A DNA stretch of 64,000 nt from Candidatus Oxydemutatoraceae bacterium (GCA_965218975.1 OZ244717.1:1760001-1824000); one strand, 5' to 3'. Counted from the stretch's first letter, positions 23,541 to 33,775 are shown. Notes: generated from the sequence alone by a model not told the origin. A program made the numbers and translations.

Positions 23541-24763
23541 TGTACGATGCCACCCTAAATGGGATTTTTGAAGGGCTTCGGGGGAAGCGTTCGGCAGTAA
23601 CATTCGGATCGGTGCTTTCTGTCCGTTGCCGGCATGAGGACGGTGCAGGGTGAGACGCGCCCGGAAAACCGATCGGTTTTCAGTGGCGAACGACCCGACA
23701 AGGACGTCGGGGCTGGCGCTTATTGACAGAACCAAGTCTCGTCATGGACGACAGGCACTTTGCTGAAAATCCGGCAGCAAACACAAAATGGTTTCATCAG
23801 CTCAAAGACTTTACTGCTGCCGAAATTCTGCCAGGCGCAGGAATGCGGCAGCACTACGGCTATTACAGCGGTTGGTTGCACTGCTATTGCCATTCGGGTA
23901 TAGACATCAATGGCCGTTAAGACGTAGCGGCGCACTCCGTGCTGATAACGCACAATCGTATCCAGGGCGATGCAATGCCCCGGATACTGTGCTTTGAAGT
24001 GTTTCGGCTTGCGTGCCTTGCAACGGCGCTTGAACAGTCGTTTTGTTTGTCCTTTGGCATTCAGCCATTGCGGAATACAGCGCATTTTATCCGGCGCATC
24101 TGCGATCAGGCGCGCAATCGTGCGGACACTCGGGCAGGGTGAGATGCGCCGCTGAAAACCGATCGGTTTTCAGCGGCGAACGACTCGACAAGGATGTCGG
24201 GGCTGGGTTCATTCGCAGAACCAAGTTTCGTCACGGACGACAGACACTTTACTGATAACACGGCAACAAACACAAAACGGTTTCATCAGCTCAAAGATTT
24301 TACTGCTGCCGAGATTCGGATAAGCCTGGCGCAGAGTGAGACGCGCCCGGAAAACCGATCGGTTTTCAGCGGCGAACGACTCGACAAGGACGTCGGGGCT
24401 GGCGTTCATTGACAGAACCAAGTCTCGTCATGGACGACAAGCACTTTGCTGACAATCCGCCGACGCTTCTTACGCGGCGCTTTGCCGCGGTCATGCAAGG
24501 CGCTGAGTCCAGTGCGGCGATAACGCCGGCGCCAGCGGTACAAAGTGCTGCGACCGACCTTGAATGCGTTCGGGAGTTACAACCCTCACAAAATAACCGG
24601 GCATCGTGTTTCTGTTGAGCCGTTGTGTTCATAATAGCCTCTATTTTTGAAGCAAAATTGGCTCATATAGAAACCTTTGATGCGGTGGCCGATGTGCTAA
24701 TATTGCATATCGGTTACCTTTTTGAGTCGTGCCGTGAATCCCACATGTATCTGGCACTGTACA
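23541..24763 (-). mobile_element. Decayed IS481-like element interrupted by three copies of a 122-bp module
   Basis: Imperfect IRs TGTACGATGCCA / TGTACAGTGCCA; fragments AFKVGRSTLYRWRRRY (HTH), LRQAYPNLG..KI, PSVRTIARLIADAPDKMR, PGHCIALDT...TAID (integrase core), RPH...SHLGWHRT tail. Confidence 0.85.
23645..24452. repeat. 122-bp module copies b (23645-23766), c (24134-24255), d (24331-24452)
   Basis: Near-identical gcagggtgagacgcgcccggaaaaccgatcggttttcag...cactttgctga units containing the GAAAACCGATCGGTTTTC palindrome. Confidence 0.9.
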
Positions 24764-24946
24764 CCCGGATTTTTTAGGGTTATTTGTCTTTGCGCCTATG
24801 GTAAAGCTTGTTCTTGAGGAGTTTGCACTGTCCTTTGGCGTTGGTTCGGACGGGAATAGTGCGCATTCTATCCGGTGCTACGCATACCGCTTCACTGCTT
24901 TAGCTTGACGCGGCCGCTAGCATAAAAAGCGCCATAAACTCTTCAT

Positions 24947-27055
24947 TCATAAAGTTATTTTTCCCAAAGGTTGCACCGTTATTTCTTGAGTCAACTCTTG
25001 GAAAGACAAAATTGCCAAATCATACAACTCAACCTCAAGCATTTTTCGCACATAACGGCGAATATCCATTGCTGTAACCAACACCGGTTTATTCGCGCGC
25101 CGCGCAATGTCGCCAACCATCTTCTTCGTCTTATCAACAAATTGACGTGTAATCTGGGGGTCCAGAGCAAGATAATTTCCCGACGAAGTCTGACGCACTC
25201 CCCCGCGTATGGATTCTTCCAAATCCTGGTCCAGCAAATATGCCGACAGAATGTTTTGTTCGCTGCTGTATTTATAACTGATATAACGCTTCAAATCACC
25301 GCGCACATATTCCGTTAATAAAACCGTATCCTTTTCTTTTTGCCCCCACTCGACCAATGACTCAAGAACTAAGCGGACATTGCGAATTGAAATATCCTCG
25401 CTGACCAATCGCTGAAAAACATTGGTGGTCAAATGTATCGGTAAAATTCGCTGCACTTCCTTAATCAAGTCCGGAAAAGTCGTTTGCAGTTGGGTAAATA
25501 AGTAATGCGTTTCCTGAATGCCGATAAATTCTTCGGAATACCTCTTCAATACATGCGATAAATGGTAAGTTAACACTTTCGGAAGCTCCATATATGACAC
25601 GTTGGCGGCAACCATCTGTTCTTTATATCGCTCGTCCACCCAGACCGTATCAATGTTAGGCAAAAACTGCTCGCCGTTTTCACTTGGCAATCCCATCACA
25701 TCCAACTGTTCGGAGCTATCGGCATAAAATACATATCCGGGTTTTAAATGCCCCTTTGCCACCGGAACTTCCTGCATCAAAATCGCATAATGCCCCACTG
25801 CCGGCATATTTTCATTAAACCTCAAATGAATACCCGGAAACGGCACGCCGAGGTCTAAGTACAAAGCGCGACGCACCTTAGCGGCCTCTTGATTGAGAAA
25901 ACGCACATCTAAGCCGTCTTGCAAACTCGCTTCAATATCGACCAACAAAGGCACGCCCAATGTTACTTCTTCTTGTCCGGACAATTGCACTCGGGCATCT
26001 TCATCCGATATCGACTTTCGCCGCGTTGACGGAAGCAATGCCGAAATATCGCTATCCTCGGCTTGCTGTTTCCGCTTCTTTATACCGCGCAACAACAGCA
26101 GACCGCCACCGCCCGTAACGATTGCCAGAATCAGAAACGTCGCTGCGGGAAAACCAGGAATCAAGCTGAATGCGACCATCAGACCGCCGGCAACCAGCAA
26201 TGCGCGCGGCTGAGCGCTGAACTGTTGACTGATATCGCTCGCCAAATTTTCGGTTTCTTCGGTACTGACGCGGGTTACGATAATGCCGGCAGTCATCGCG
26301 ATCAATAACGCCGGTATTTGTGCGACCAGACCGTCGCCGATCGTCAAAATCGAATAAACATGCGTTGCTTCGCCAAGTTCCATACCGCGCTGAAAAACCC
26401 CGATGGACAAACCACCAATCAAGTTGATCACAATGATAATCAAACTGGCAATCGCGTCCCCTTTGACAAACTTCATCGCGCCATCCATGGAACCATACAG
26501 TTGACTTTCTTTTTCCACCACCTCCCGCCGGCGTTTCGCTTCAGCCATATCAATGACTCCGGCGCGCATATCGCCGTCGATGCTCATTTGTTTACCGGGC
26601 ATCGCGTCCAAAGAAAAACGCGCGCTGACTTCAGCAACGCGCTCCGCGCCTTTTGTAATGACCAAAAATTGCACAATCGTGATAATTAAAAAGATAACCA
26701 GCCCGACGACAAGGTTTCCGGCAACCACGAAATTGCCAAAGGTATCAATGATCTTCCCGGCATCCGCTTGCAACAACACCAAACGGGTTGTCGTAATCGA
26801 TAATGCCAAACGAAACAAAGTGGATAACAACAACACCGCCGGAAACGCGAAAAACTCCGCGGCGGACGAGATGTACACCGCTAACATCAGCAGAATGATG
26901 GCGATGCTCATGCTCAAACCGATCAAAATGTCGACCAGAACGGTCGGTAACGGCAAGATCATCATAAAGATAATCGCGACCAACAAGGATGCGAGCAATA
27001 CATCTTTGCGTTGGGTAATTTTGTATAGCGCGGCTTGGATATTTTCAGGCAGCAT
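24947..27055 (-). CDS. sctV: T3SS export gate (LcrD/YscV)
   Basis: RVAEVSARFSLDAMPGKQMSIDGD, GSMDGAMKFVKGDA; non-flagellar neighbours. Confidence 0.97.
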   Translation of the reverse strand: MLPENIQAALYKITQRKDVLLASLLVAIIFMMILPLPTVLVDILIGLSMSIAIILLMLAVYISSAAEFFAFPAVLLLSTLFRLALSITTTRLVLLQADAGKIIDTFGNFVVAGNLVVGLVIFLIITIVQFLVITKGAERVAEVSARFSLDAMPGKQMSIDGDMRAGVIDMAEAKRRREVVEKESQLYGSMDGAMKFVKGDAIASLIIIVINLIGGLSIGVFQRGMELGEATHVYSILTIGDGLVAQIPALLIAMTAGIIVTRVSTEETENLASDISQQFSAQPRALLVAGGLMVAFSLIPGFPAATFLILAIVTGGGGLLLLRGIKKRKQQAEDSDISALLPSTRRKSISDEDARVQLSGQEEVTLGVPLLVDIEASLQDGLDVRFLNQEAAKVRRALYLDLGVPFPGIHLRFNENMPAVGHYAILMQEVPVAKGHLKPGYVFYADSSEQLDVMGLPSENGEQFLPNIDTVWVDERYKEQMVAANVSYMELPKVLTYHLSHVLKRYSEEFIGIQETHYLFTQLQTTFPDLIKEVQRILPIHLTTNVFQRLVSEDISIRNVRLVLESLVEWGQKEKDTVLLTEYVRGDLKRYISYKYSSEQNILSAYLLDQDLEESIRGGVRQTSSGNYLALDPQITRQFVDKTKKMVGDIARRANKPVLVTAMDIRRYVRKMLEVELYDLAILSFQELTQEITVQPLGKITL

Positions 27056-27066
27056 TTTACCGATTA

Positions 27067-27441
27067 TTATCGACCGGCGCGGCCATCGGTCGCTTCATTA
27101 TAATCTTGATACAGACGTTTCATTTCATCCGCCTGCCCGTTATTTTGCGACATACGTAGCCGCAATAAACGAACAGCGGCATGTTCCGCTTCGGGCAAAG
27201 GCAGCTGTTGAACTTCCCGGATCAATTCGGCGCTTTGCCGCATCTTGCCCTGCAAAAAATAACCGTATGCAAGCATCTTCAAACATTGATGATTAGCGGA
27301 ATCGAAGACACGTAAAAATTCAAGTAAAACTACTGCTTGATCCGGTAAATCCTGTTGCAAATAATTGTATGCCGAGATCAACAACCAATCAATATGTTCT
27401 TCCGTCGGCTCTGAAACGCTCGTCACCGCCATTTTGTTCAT
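27067..27441 (-). CDS. sctY: YscY-like TPR chaperone
   Basis: AYNYLQQ...AVVLLE...LAYGY TPR pattern; directly upstream of sctV. Confidence 0.7.
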   Translation of the reverse strand: MNKMAVTSVSEPTEEHIDWLLISAYNYLQQDLPDQAVVLLEFLRVFDSANHQCLKMLAYGYFLQGKMRQSAELIREVQQLPLPEAEHAAVRLLRLRMSQNNGQADEMKRLYQDYNEATDGRAGR

Positions 27442-27818
27442 CCTTGAATTAAAGTGCTGCGCCCGATATTGAACGATTGAAAATTCTCCTTCATTACGCC
27501 AAATAAAACTTGTGCCGCCTGCACCGCTTGCCTCTCGGCGCCATTCTTCGGCAGATAGTTGTTGCCAATCGCTTCAATCTCCTCAAACAATCGCGAGTAA
27601 CCGGAAGGTGTCGTCACATACTTATTCGATATTTTAGGTGTCACCATGTTTTCAAGCGCCCGCGCATTAGCGTACAGATTGAACACTTCTTCAAGATGCG
27701 AAGGAATCGACGCGCTAATAGGCAGATAAACTTTTCTTTGTGGAAAATCGCTTTCCGACTCAGCGCTATGACTCACGTAAGAAACCTTTTCAATACCGGT
27801 ATCAAGCGAAACGATCAT
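27438..27818 (-). CDS. sctX: YscX-like secreted component
   Basis: N-terminal LDTGIEKVS, C-terminal RSTLIQG; position before sctY-sctV. Confidence 0.65.
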   Translation of the reverse strand: MIVSLDTGIEKVSYVSHSAESESDFPQRKVYLPISASIPSHLEEVFNLYANARALENMVTPKISNKYVTTPSGYSRLFEEIEAIGNNYLPKNGAERQAVQAAQVLFGVMKENFQSFNIGRSTLIQG

Positions 27819-28184
27819 TTAACAATTCTCCTTATTCAGCGCTTGCCGAGCTTGCGCGACATCATCGCATAACAAAACGCAGCGCAAAAGCCCGGACAAA
27901 TTCAAAACTTCCCGCACATAACGGCTCACCGCGCACAAGGACAAGCCGACGGCGCATGTTTGCGTATTGAGTTTACGGGCGATTTCCAACAAAACTCTTA
28001 AACCCGCGCTATTGATATAATGCAAGGACTCGCACGATAATATCATGCGTCGGCAACCTTTCTCATATAAAACCGACGCAACATCCCGCAGCTGACTCGC
28101 ATTGGAAAAATCCAAGCTACCGATGAGTTGAACAACAACGATATCCTCCTTTTCTTCCACAATGCGAATGTCTAAATCGCGCAT
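27819..28184 (-). CDS. STAS-domain anti-anti-sigma factor (RsbV/SpoIIAA/BtrV-like)
   Basis: GSLDFSNA...LHYINSAGLRVLL...VREVLNLSGL. Confidence 0.88.
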   Translation of the reverse strand: MRDLDIRIVEEKEDIVVVQLIGSLDFSNASQLRDVASVLYEKGCRRMILSCESLHYINSAGLRVLLEIARKLNTQTCAVGLSLCAVSRYVREVLNLSGLLRCVLLCDDVAQARQALNKENC

Positions 28185-28187
28185 AAT

Positions 28188-28565
28188 TTATAGTTCCGCT
28201 TCGGCATAGAGTTTGCACATCAGCTCAAAAGCCTGAAACATTCCGCCCGCTTGCGATTGATTCAAACGCACCGCAAGCACCGCGACATTATTGCCTTTCA
28301 AACCCACCTGTACAAAAAAGGGCAAATACCGATCAAAATTACACTGCCGCAAAAGCAAACGCAATTTTACTTCAACTTGATCGACAGCGGATATCTCCCT
28401 GAAAACAGCCAACACCACATCGTCGGCGGAACACTCCACATCAAGCCAATATTTATTATCGCCGACGGTGAAATTATGTACTTTGGAATCGCTGCCGACA
28501 AAATTTTCAAACCCCAAACTGCGACCAAAATCAACAAGCGCTTCATTCCACCACTCGTAGGTCAC
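28188..28565 (-). CDS. SycN-like T3SS chaperone
   Basis: 125 aa acidic, W..EALVDFGRSLG N-terminus; directly downstream of the gatekeeper. Confidence 0.7.
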   Translation of the reverse strand: MTYEWWNEALVDFGRSLGFENFVGSDSKVHNFTVGDNKYWLDVECSADDVVLAVFREISAVDQVEVKLRLLLRQCNFDRYLPFFVQVGLKGNNVAVLAVRLNQSQAGGMFQAFELMCKLYAEAEL

Positions 28566-28566
28566 A

Positions 28567-29700
28567 TCATCCGTCTACCGGCTCATTATCGATTGCAATA
28601 TCCAACGCTTGCTGCACCGATTGCAATAATCGCTCGCGTTTAATCTGATCGTCATTAAACACCTTCAGCGGAATCAAACGGGTTATTTCCTTGAATCCTT
28701 GCAAAAAATAAATCTCCGCAGTATTATTTAGAATACCGAGTTTATGCGGTAATTCGGAAAAAAAAGTTCCCCCTTGCCAAGCTTTATCCTGCACCACCAA
28801 TAATTCTTTCATCAAATCGTTCGTTCCGATACGCTCTGGAACAGCGTCGAAGTTGTGCCTCACACGCACCAGCAAATCTTCACATTGGCTATGCATGCTG
28901 TTAAGCAGCTTAAGCTGATACATATCATCCATAATCTGTTTAAGCTTCACTTTGTCTAAGGAATGATTACCGGCATCAAGATCAACCGCCAGAGATTTAA
29001 GAAGGAAACTAACCGCTTCAAGAAAATTATCATCCGAGTGTTCTCCGACAATCCGATTATACGCATCATTCACGCTCGCATAATCCAGCACCACGTCGCG
29101 ATAAAAATCGCGCAACTGCTGAGTATCCCCAATCCCTTTGGCGGAAAAATCTTCGGCGACGACGGAGACATTCAACCCGGCCTGAATCGCGGGTCCCGCT
29201 TCTGCTTGCAGGTCGGTCATCGCTTGTTCCAACGATGCGATCAATTCCGGCGAAGCATTATCCTCCTTCGCTTTCTCATGCGTATAAGACAATGCAAGAA
29301 ATTGGTGCGTTTCATCGCCGGAAAACTGTTGCGCCCTCTGACGCAGAGTTTCAGGCGTCATTCCTGCGCTATTTTCAAGAACGGCTTTGGCAAAGTCGTC
29401 AAGCTTTTTGTTTCGCTCAAGATCGGGGACTTGCCTCAGATACTTTTCCGCTTGCTCCATAGCAAAGCTCTTCGCCAAGCCCTTGCTGTTGATTTTGCGC
29501 TTGGCAAGTTTTTTTTCAACTTTCTCGCTATGCGCAAACGTCAATTCTTCGGCGGCATCCTGCAGGGCCGCGATCGGGTCGCGGGAGTGCGTTATACTTT
29601 CACCGCGAAAGTTTGCACGTAACGAAGCCGATTGTCCCGACAGATGAGACGGCAGAGTGCTTGAATGAACTTGGCCCGGCACATCAATCGGATTGCTCAC
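28567..29700 (-). CDS. sctW: T3SS gatekeeper (YopN/BopN-like with fused TyeA-like C-terminus)
   Basis: DAAEELTFAHSEK, IQAGLNV, LRDFYRDVV, C-terminal IPLKVF...RERLL...QQALD. Confidence 0.88.
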   Translation of the reverse strand: MSNPIDVPGQVHSSTLPSHLSGQSASLRANFRGESITHSRDPIAALQDAAEELTFAHSEKVEKKLAKRKINSKGLAKSFAMEQAEKYLRQVPDLERNKKLDDFAKAVLENSAGMTPETLRQRAQQFSGDETHQFLALSYTHEKAKEDNASPELIASLEQAMTDLQAEAGPAIQAGLNVSVVAEDFSAKGIGDTQQLRDFYRDVVLDYASVNDAYNRIVGEHSDDNFLEAVSFLLKSLAVDLDAGNHSLDKVKLKQIMDDMYQLKLLNSMHSQCEDLLVRVRHNFDAVPERIGTNDLMKELLVVQDKAWQGGTFFSELPHKLGILNNTAEIYFLQGFKEITRLIPLKVFNDDQIKRERLLQSVQQALDIAIDNEPVDG

Positions 29701-29738
29701 TATTCAAACCTCAGATTCAAATCCCGGTCTATGCGAAA

Positions 29739-30761
29739 TCAGACACGTGATTGCATAATCTGCGAAGTCGTTTGATGTTGACTTTGTTGCATATCTTTCA
29801 AAGTCTGTTTCATATCCTGAGCGGATTTATGCAATGAATCGGCATATTGCCGTTCGCGTTCCAATGTCGAACGCAATGTTTCAGCGCGCGCTTCATCTTT
29901 CTTGCTCTCGGCTTTCAATTGCTCAGAACCATACTTAAAACCGGAGTCGACCGTTTGGGAAATACCCATAGTAATTTGTGAGTAGCCCTGCGTCTTCATT
30001 GAAATACTATTGGCTTTCTGCGATATGATGAAAGTCGCATTCTGTTCTTTGAGGTTGGAAAGTCCGATTTTATCCAGTTCGGCTTTTCTTGAGGTCAGAT
30101 CTTCAGTCACATCATCAACGGTTTCTTCAGCATTTTCTTGAGCCGTTTCGCCGGTATCTCGCGTTGAAGTTTCTTCTTCCGTTTCCGTCAGCTTTGTTTG
30201 AGTCACTTCTTCGGTGGTCTCGGACGTGGTTTTTGCTTGCGCATCTTCGCTTGCACTTGATTCTTCCGTGGCAGGAGCTGCTTCAGACGCAATCTTGAAG
30301 CTTTGCACTCCGCCGGCAACGCTAATACCGCCGGAAACAATTTGCCCGGCGCCTGAAATGACGCCGCCGGCAAGCGCCAAACCGGCACCGGAGCGAATAT
30401 CATCCGCCGCTTCATTCATTTCATCGGCAACGCTTAGGATGTCCGCAATCGTTTGGTCGCGCGACGCTTTTTCCGCTTCCTGATTTAACTTGACCAACAC
30501 TTGAGCGATCTCATAAAAATCAAGAGTAACATTCTGAGAAATCGCGCTCAATCCCGCATCGGCTTGATCAACATCAATATGGCTCGGCGATGGGAGCGAC
30601 GGCGCGTTTCGTTGCACAGCGATGCCTTCGTCGGAAGACCGCACCGCGGTATCATACGGCGGTTGGGGCGCACGCGGGGCCGCTGTCGCTTGTTCGGAAG
30701 CGGACGCCGCCCGCTGGGTTGAAGAAACATCAACTGGGGGTATATTGTTTAAATCCGTCAT
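29739..30761 (-). CDS. sctB: Minor translocator (YopD/BopD-like)
   Basis: Gly-rich hydrophobic segment GAGLALAGGVISGAGQIVSGG, C-terminal coiled coil; start MTDLN at 30761 with GGAGG. Confidence 0.7.
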   Translation of the reverse strand: MTDLNNIPPVDVSSTQRAASASEQATAAPRAPQPPYDTAVRSSDEGIAVQRNAPSLPSPSHIDVDQADAGLSAISQNVTLDFYEIAQVLVKLNQEAEKASRDQTIADILSVADEMNEAADDIRSGAGLALAGGVISGAGQIVSGGISVAGGVQSFKIASEAAPATEESSASEDAQAKTTSETTEEVTQTKLTETEEETSTRDTGETAQENAEETVDDVTEDLTSRKAELDKIGLSNLKEQNATFIISQKANSISMKTQGYSQITMGISQTVDSGFKYGSEQLKAESKKDEARAETLRSTLERERQYADSLHKSAQDMKQTLKDMQQSQHQTTSQIMQSRV

Positions 30762-30892
30762 AGTTACGAACCTCCGATGAGATGGTTGCAAAGTGATAAT
30801 ATTATACTTAACTAGAAAAGTTTTGCCCAAACAGTATCGTCCCGCCGATTCGCGGCAACGGCTCGCCGTTTTACCTGCGAGAATAATAACTC

Positions 30893-31933
30893 TTATAAAT
30901 CGCGCACCACGCGCAGCACTTCAGCGACCGGAGTAATCAAATTGTCGGGGATATACGCGTTGAGGTCGGCCTCCGCCGACAACGAATGCGCCAACGGAAC
31001 ATTCTGCATCACCGGCACGCCTTCCTGTTCGGCAATTTCAATAATACGCTGAGCGATGAGACCCTGTTCTTTTAATGTTACCACCGGCAGCGGAGTTTTT
31101 TCTTGATCATAATAAAGCCCGATCGCAATATGCGTCGGATTGCTCACGATAACGCTTGATCTCTTTACATTTGACACCTGCTGGCTATTGATAATTTCCG
31201 TGAAAAGCTGACGGCGGCGACCTTTAATCTCCGGACTGCCCTCAGTTTCCTTGTACTCGCGCTTAATTTCATCTTTAGACATTTTCAGGCCTTTAATATA
31301 TTCGAATTTCTGAAAAACATAATCCGCACCGGCAACGATAATAAACGCGGCCGACGCATAAATAACCACTTGGGAAAATAAAGTCCCCAATATCGGCATA
31401 ATGCAGTCCATGCCGCAATAAGGGATCCGCAGGATTGTCGGAGTGTTCACCCAGATAATATGACCGATTAAATACGCCATAAATCCGATTTTGAACAGCG
31501 ATTTCAGCAATTCGATCAGATTCTTTTTAGAGAAAATATTTTTCAACGCTTTGCCCGGGTTGAGCTTTTTCAAGTCGGGTTTGACCGCTTCGGGAGCAAA
31601 TAAAACTCCGACTTGAGCGAAATTGCTCAAAACCGCAGCGATCAATCCGATGCAAGCCACCGGAAATATCATCAATAAACCAAGCTCGATCACCTCTTTG
31701 ACCATATCGTCAAAAGCCGTTTCAAAAGCCACGCTTTCCAGCCAAATCGGAGTATTGAACAATTCTTCAAATCTATGTAAGTAAAAGTCGCTTGCCACCC
31801 ACAGGAATAGCATCAAACTTACAATCACGGCCGCGCTGGAAACTTCCTTGCTTTTGGCAACCTGCCCTTTTTTCCGCGCATCGCGAAGCCGTTTCGGCGT
31901 CGGTAGTTCGGTTTTATCGGAAGCGTTGCTCAT
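30893..31933 (-). CDS. sctU: T3SS autoprotease
   Basis: KTELPTPKRLRDARKKGQV, NPTH cleavage motif. Confidence 0.96.
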   Translation of the reverse strand: MSNASDKTELPTPKRLRDARKKGQVAKSKEVSSAAVIVSLMLFLWVASDFYLHRFEELFNTPIWLESVAFETAFDDMVKEVIELGLLMIFPVACIGLIAAVLSNFAQVGVLFAPEAVKPDLKKLNPGKALKNIFSKKNLIELLKSLFKIGFMAYLIGHIIWVNTPTILRIPYCGMDCIMPILGTLFSQVVIYASAAFIIVAGADYVFQKFEYIKGLKMSKDEIKREYKETEGSPEIKGRRRQLFTEIINSQQVSNVKRSSVIVSNPTHIAIGLYYDQEKTPLPVVTLKEQGLIAQRIIEIAEQEGVPVMQNVPLAHSLSAEADLNAYIPDNLITPVAEVLRVVRDL

Positions 31934-31934
31934 A

Positions 31935-32741
31935 TCATTGGAAAATCAAGCGCAAAGTGTCAATATTGTCTTTGAAATCATGCAGTATATCTCCGAAATA
32001 AAGAATCAAAGTCGTCCAAAAAAGAATTAAGATAAAGTTTGAAACAGCGCTCTTAATCGGCATGGATAAAAAGAAAATGTTCAACTGCGGCGCAAACCTG
32101 CCGATTAAACCTAAACCAAACTCGGTAAGAAACATAGTAAGAATAATCGGGCCGCCGATAATAACTGCCAATTTAGCCACTAAAATAAATTGTTTGAGAA
32201 AAAAATCAATCAACTCCGCATTGATCGGCGGAAAAAAGGAAGTAACCGGCCAAATTTTATAGCTCGCATAAATACCGTCCAAAAAAACGAGAAAAATCCC
32301 CGTCACGAAAAACAATGCCACTAGCGACTGAGTCATAAACAAACCCAACGGCGAAGACTGCTCGCCGATCAAAGGATCGAAAGAACTTGCCATCGTCGCG
32401 CCTCGCTGGTTATCGATAAAGTATCCGACCGCTTGAATCGCCCAAAAAACAACGGTGACGAAATAGCCGATGATCATCCCGATAAACAATTCCTTGACGG
32501 AGATTCCGATAATCATCACAGTGCCCAACTCCGCCGATTGAACGTTCTGTTCCAACAACGGATAAACAACCAACACAAGCGCGACCGCGATCCCGTTGCG
32601 AGCGAGCACGCCACCCATCACTTGCGCCCCCATGAAAGACAACACAGACATTGCACCGATAATCCGCGGCAAACCTAATGCAAGGGTCAGCAAAATTTCT
32701 TTGAAAAAGTCCAACAGATAATCCATTTTAGCGTCACCCAA
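31935..32741 (-). CDS. sctT: T3SS export apparatus protein
   Basis: IDNQRGATMA, GRFAPQLN motifs. Confidence 0.95.
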   Translation of the reverse strand: MGDAKMDYLLDFFKEILLTLALGLPRIIGAMSVLSFMGAQVMGGVLARNGIAVALVLVVYPLLEQNVQSAELGTVMIIGISVKELFIGMIIGYFVTVVFWAIQAVGYFIDNQRGATMASSFDPLIGEQSSPLGLFMTQSLVALFFVTGIFLVFLDGIYASYKIWPVTSFFPPINAELIDFFLKQFILVAKLAVIIGGPIILTMFLTEFGLGLIGRFAPQLNIFFLSMPIKSAVSNFILILFWTTLILYFGDILHDFKDNIDTLRLIFQ

Positions 32742-32746
32742 GCAAA

Positions 32747-33031
32747 TTAACGGAACCGAATATTCTCAATCTTGTCAAAAGAGATTGCCGCATAACTGAA
32801 TAACTCCGCACCGAGCCAACCGGTCGTAACCAGCAAAATAACAATAATCGCGATCAACTTAAATACAAACGAAATCGTTTGTTCTTGTATCTGTGTCAGC
32901 GCTTGAATCAAACTGATTAAAACCCCGACCACTGCCGCGACCAAAATCGGCGGCAAAGACAGAAATAAGACCAACATCAATGCTTCGGATGCATGATTAA
33001 TGATTTCCGCTTCCGACATCGCCGCAGTCAA
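32747..33031 (-). CDS. sctS: T3SS export apparatus protein
   Basis: QALTQIQEQTISFVFKL. Confidence 0.95.
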   Translation of the reverse strand: MTAAMSEAEIINHASEALMLVLFLSLPPILVAAVVGVLISLIQALTQIQEQTISFVFKLIAIIVILLVTTGWLGAELFSYAAISFDKIENIRFR

Positions 33032-33034
33032 TCG

Positions 33035-33685
33035 TTATTGATAAGACAAAATAAGACCATGAACCAATCGTGTCCAGCCGTCAAGAAATACAAACAGCAA
33101 TAGCTTGAACGGCAAAGATATCGTCATCGGCGATAACATCATCATCCCCATTGCCAACAAAATGTTCGACACGATCAAATCAATCACGATGAACGGCAAA
33201 TAAATCAGAAACCCGATTTCAAAAGCAACCGTCAGTTCTCCGACAATAAAAGACGGCAACAAAATCAGAATATTATTTTCTCGAATCTCCTGATGATATT
33301 CTTCGGCCCATAAATCTTTTGCGGTATCCATAAAAAACGCTCGTTCCGAGTCACTCGAATGCTTGTTCAAAAACTCGCGATAAGGCACCAGCCCGCGGGT
33401 GAATGCATTTTTCAAAGAGGCGCGGTCCTCGAGGGTGAAATCCTGACTCGTGATATTCTCATAGCTTTGCAATCCGACCGGCGCCATAATATAAAAGGTC
33501 AGAATCAGCGCCAGTCCGTGCAGCGCCATATTCGGCGGAATTTGTTGAATGCCCAATGCGTTTCTGACGAGGGAAAAAACAATAATCAATTTAACGAAAG
33601 AAGTCCCCATCACCACTAAAAACGGAAGCAAGCCCAAGGCGCCGAGGAAGAGAATCAGAGTAACCGGATCGGAAAGGCCTTCCAT
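33035..33685 (-). CDS. sctR: T3SS export apparatus protein
   Basis: RNALGIQQIPPN, GMMMLSPMTISLPFKLLLF. Confidence 0.97.
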   Translation of the reverse strand: MEGLSDPVTLILFLGALGLLPFLVVMGTSFVKLIIVFSLVRNALGIQQIPPNMALHGLALILTFYIMAPVGLQSYENITSQDFTLEDRASLKNAFTRGLVPYREFLNKHSSDSERAFFMDTAKDLWAEEYHQEIRENNILILLPSFIVGELTVAFEIGFLIYLPFIVIDLIVSNILLAMGMMMLSPMTISLPFKLLLFVFLDGWTRLVHGLILSYQ

Positions 33686-33775
33686 AATGAACCAGCTTAT
33701 TGAACTATTATCATGCGGCTAACCGCGAACGACCGGCACCTCGAGTGGAAGCGGACATTGCAGATGACTACTTGC

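Noticed and set aside
23645-23766. Group II intron fragment as the identity of the 122-bp module
   Set aside because: Only a short GCGCCCGG similarity; no domain V/VI motif and no reverse transcriptase
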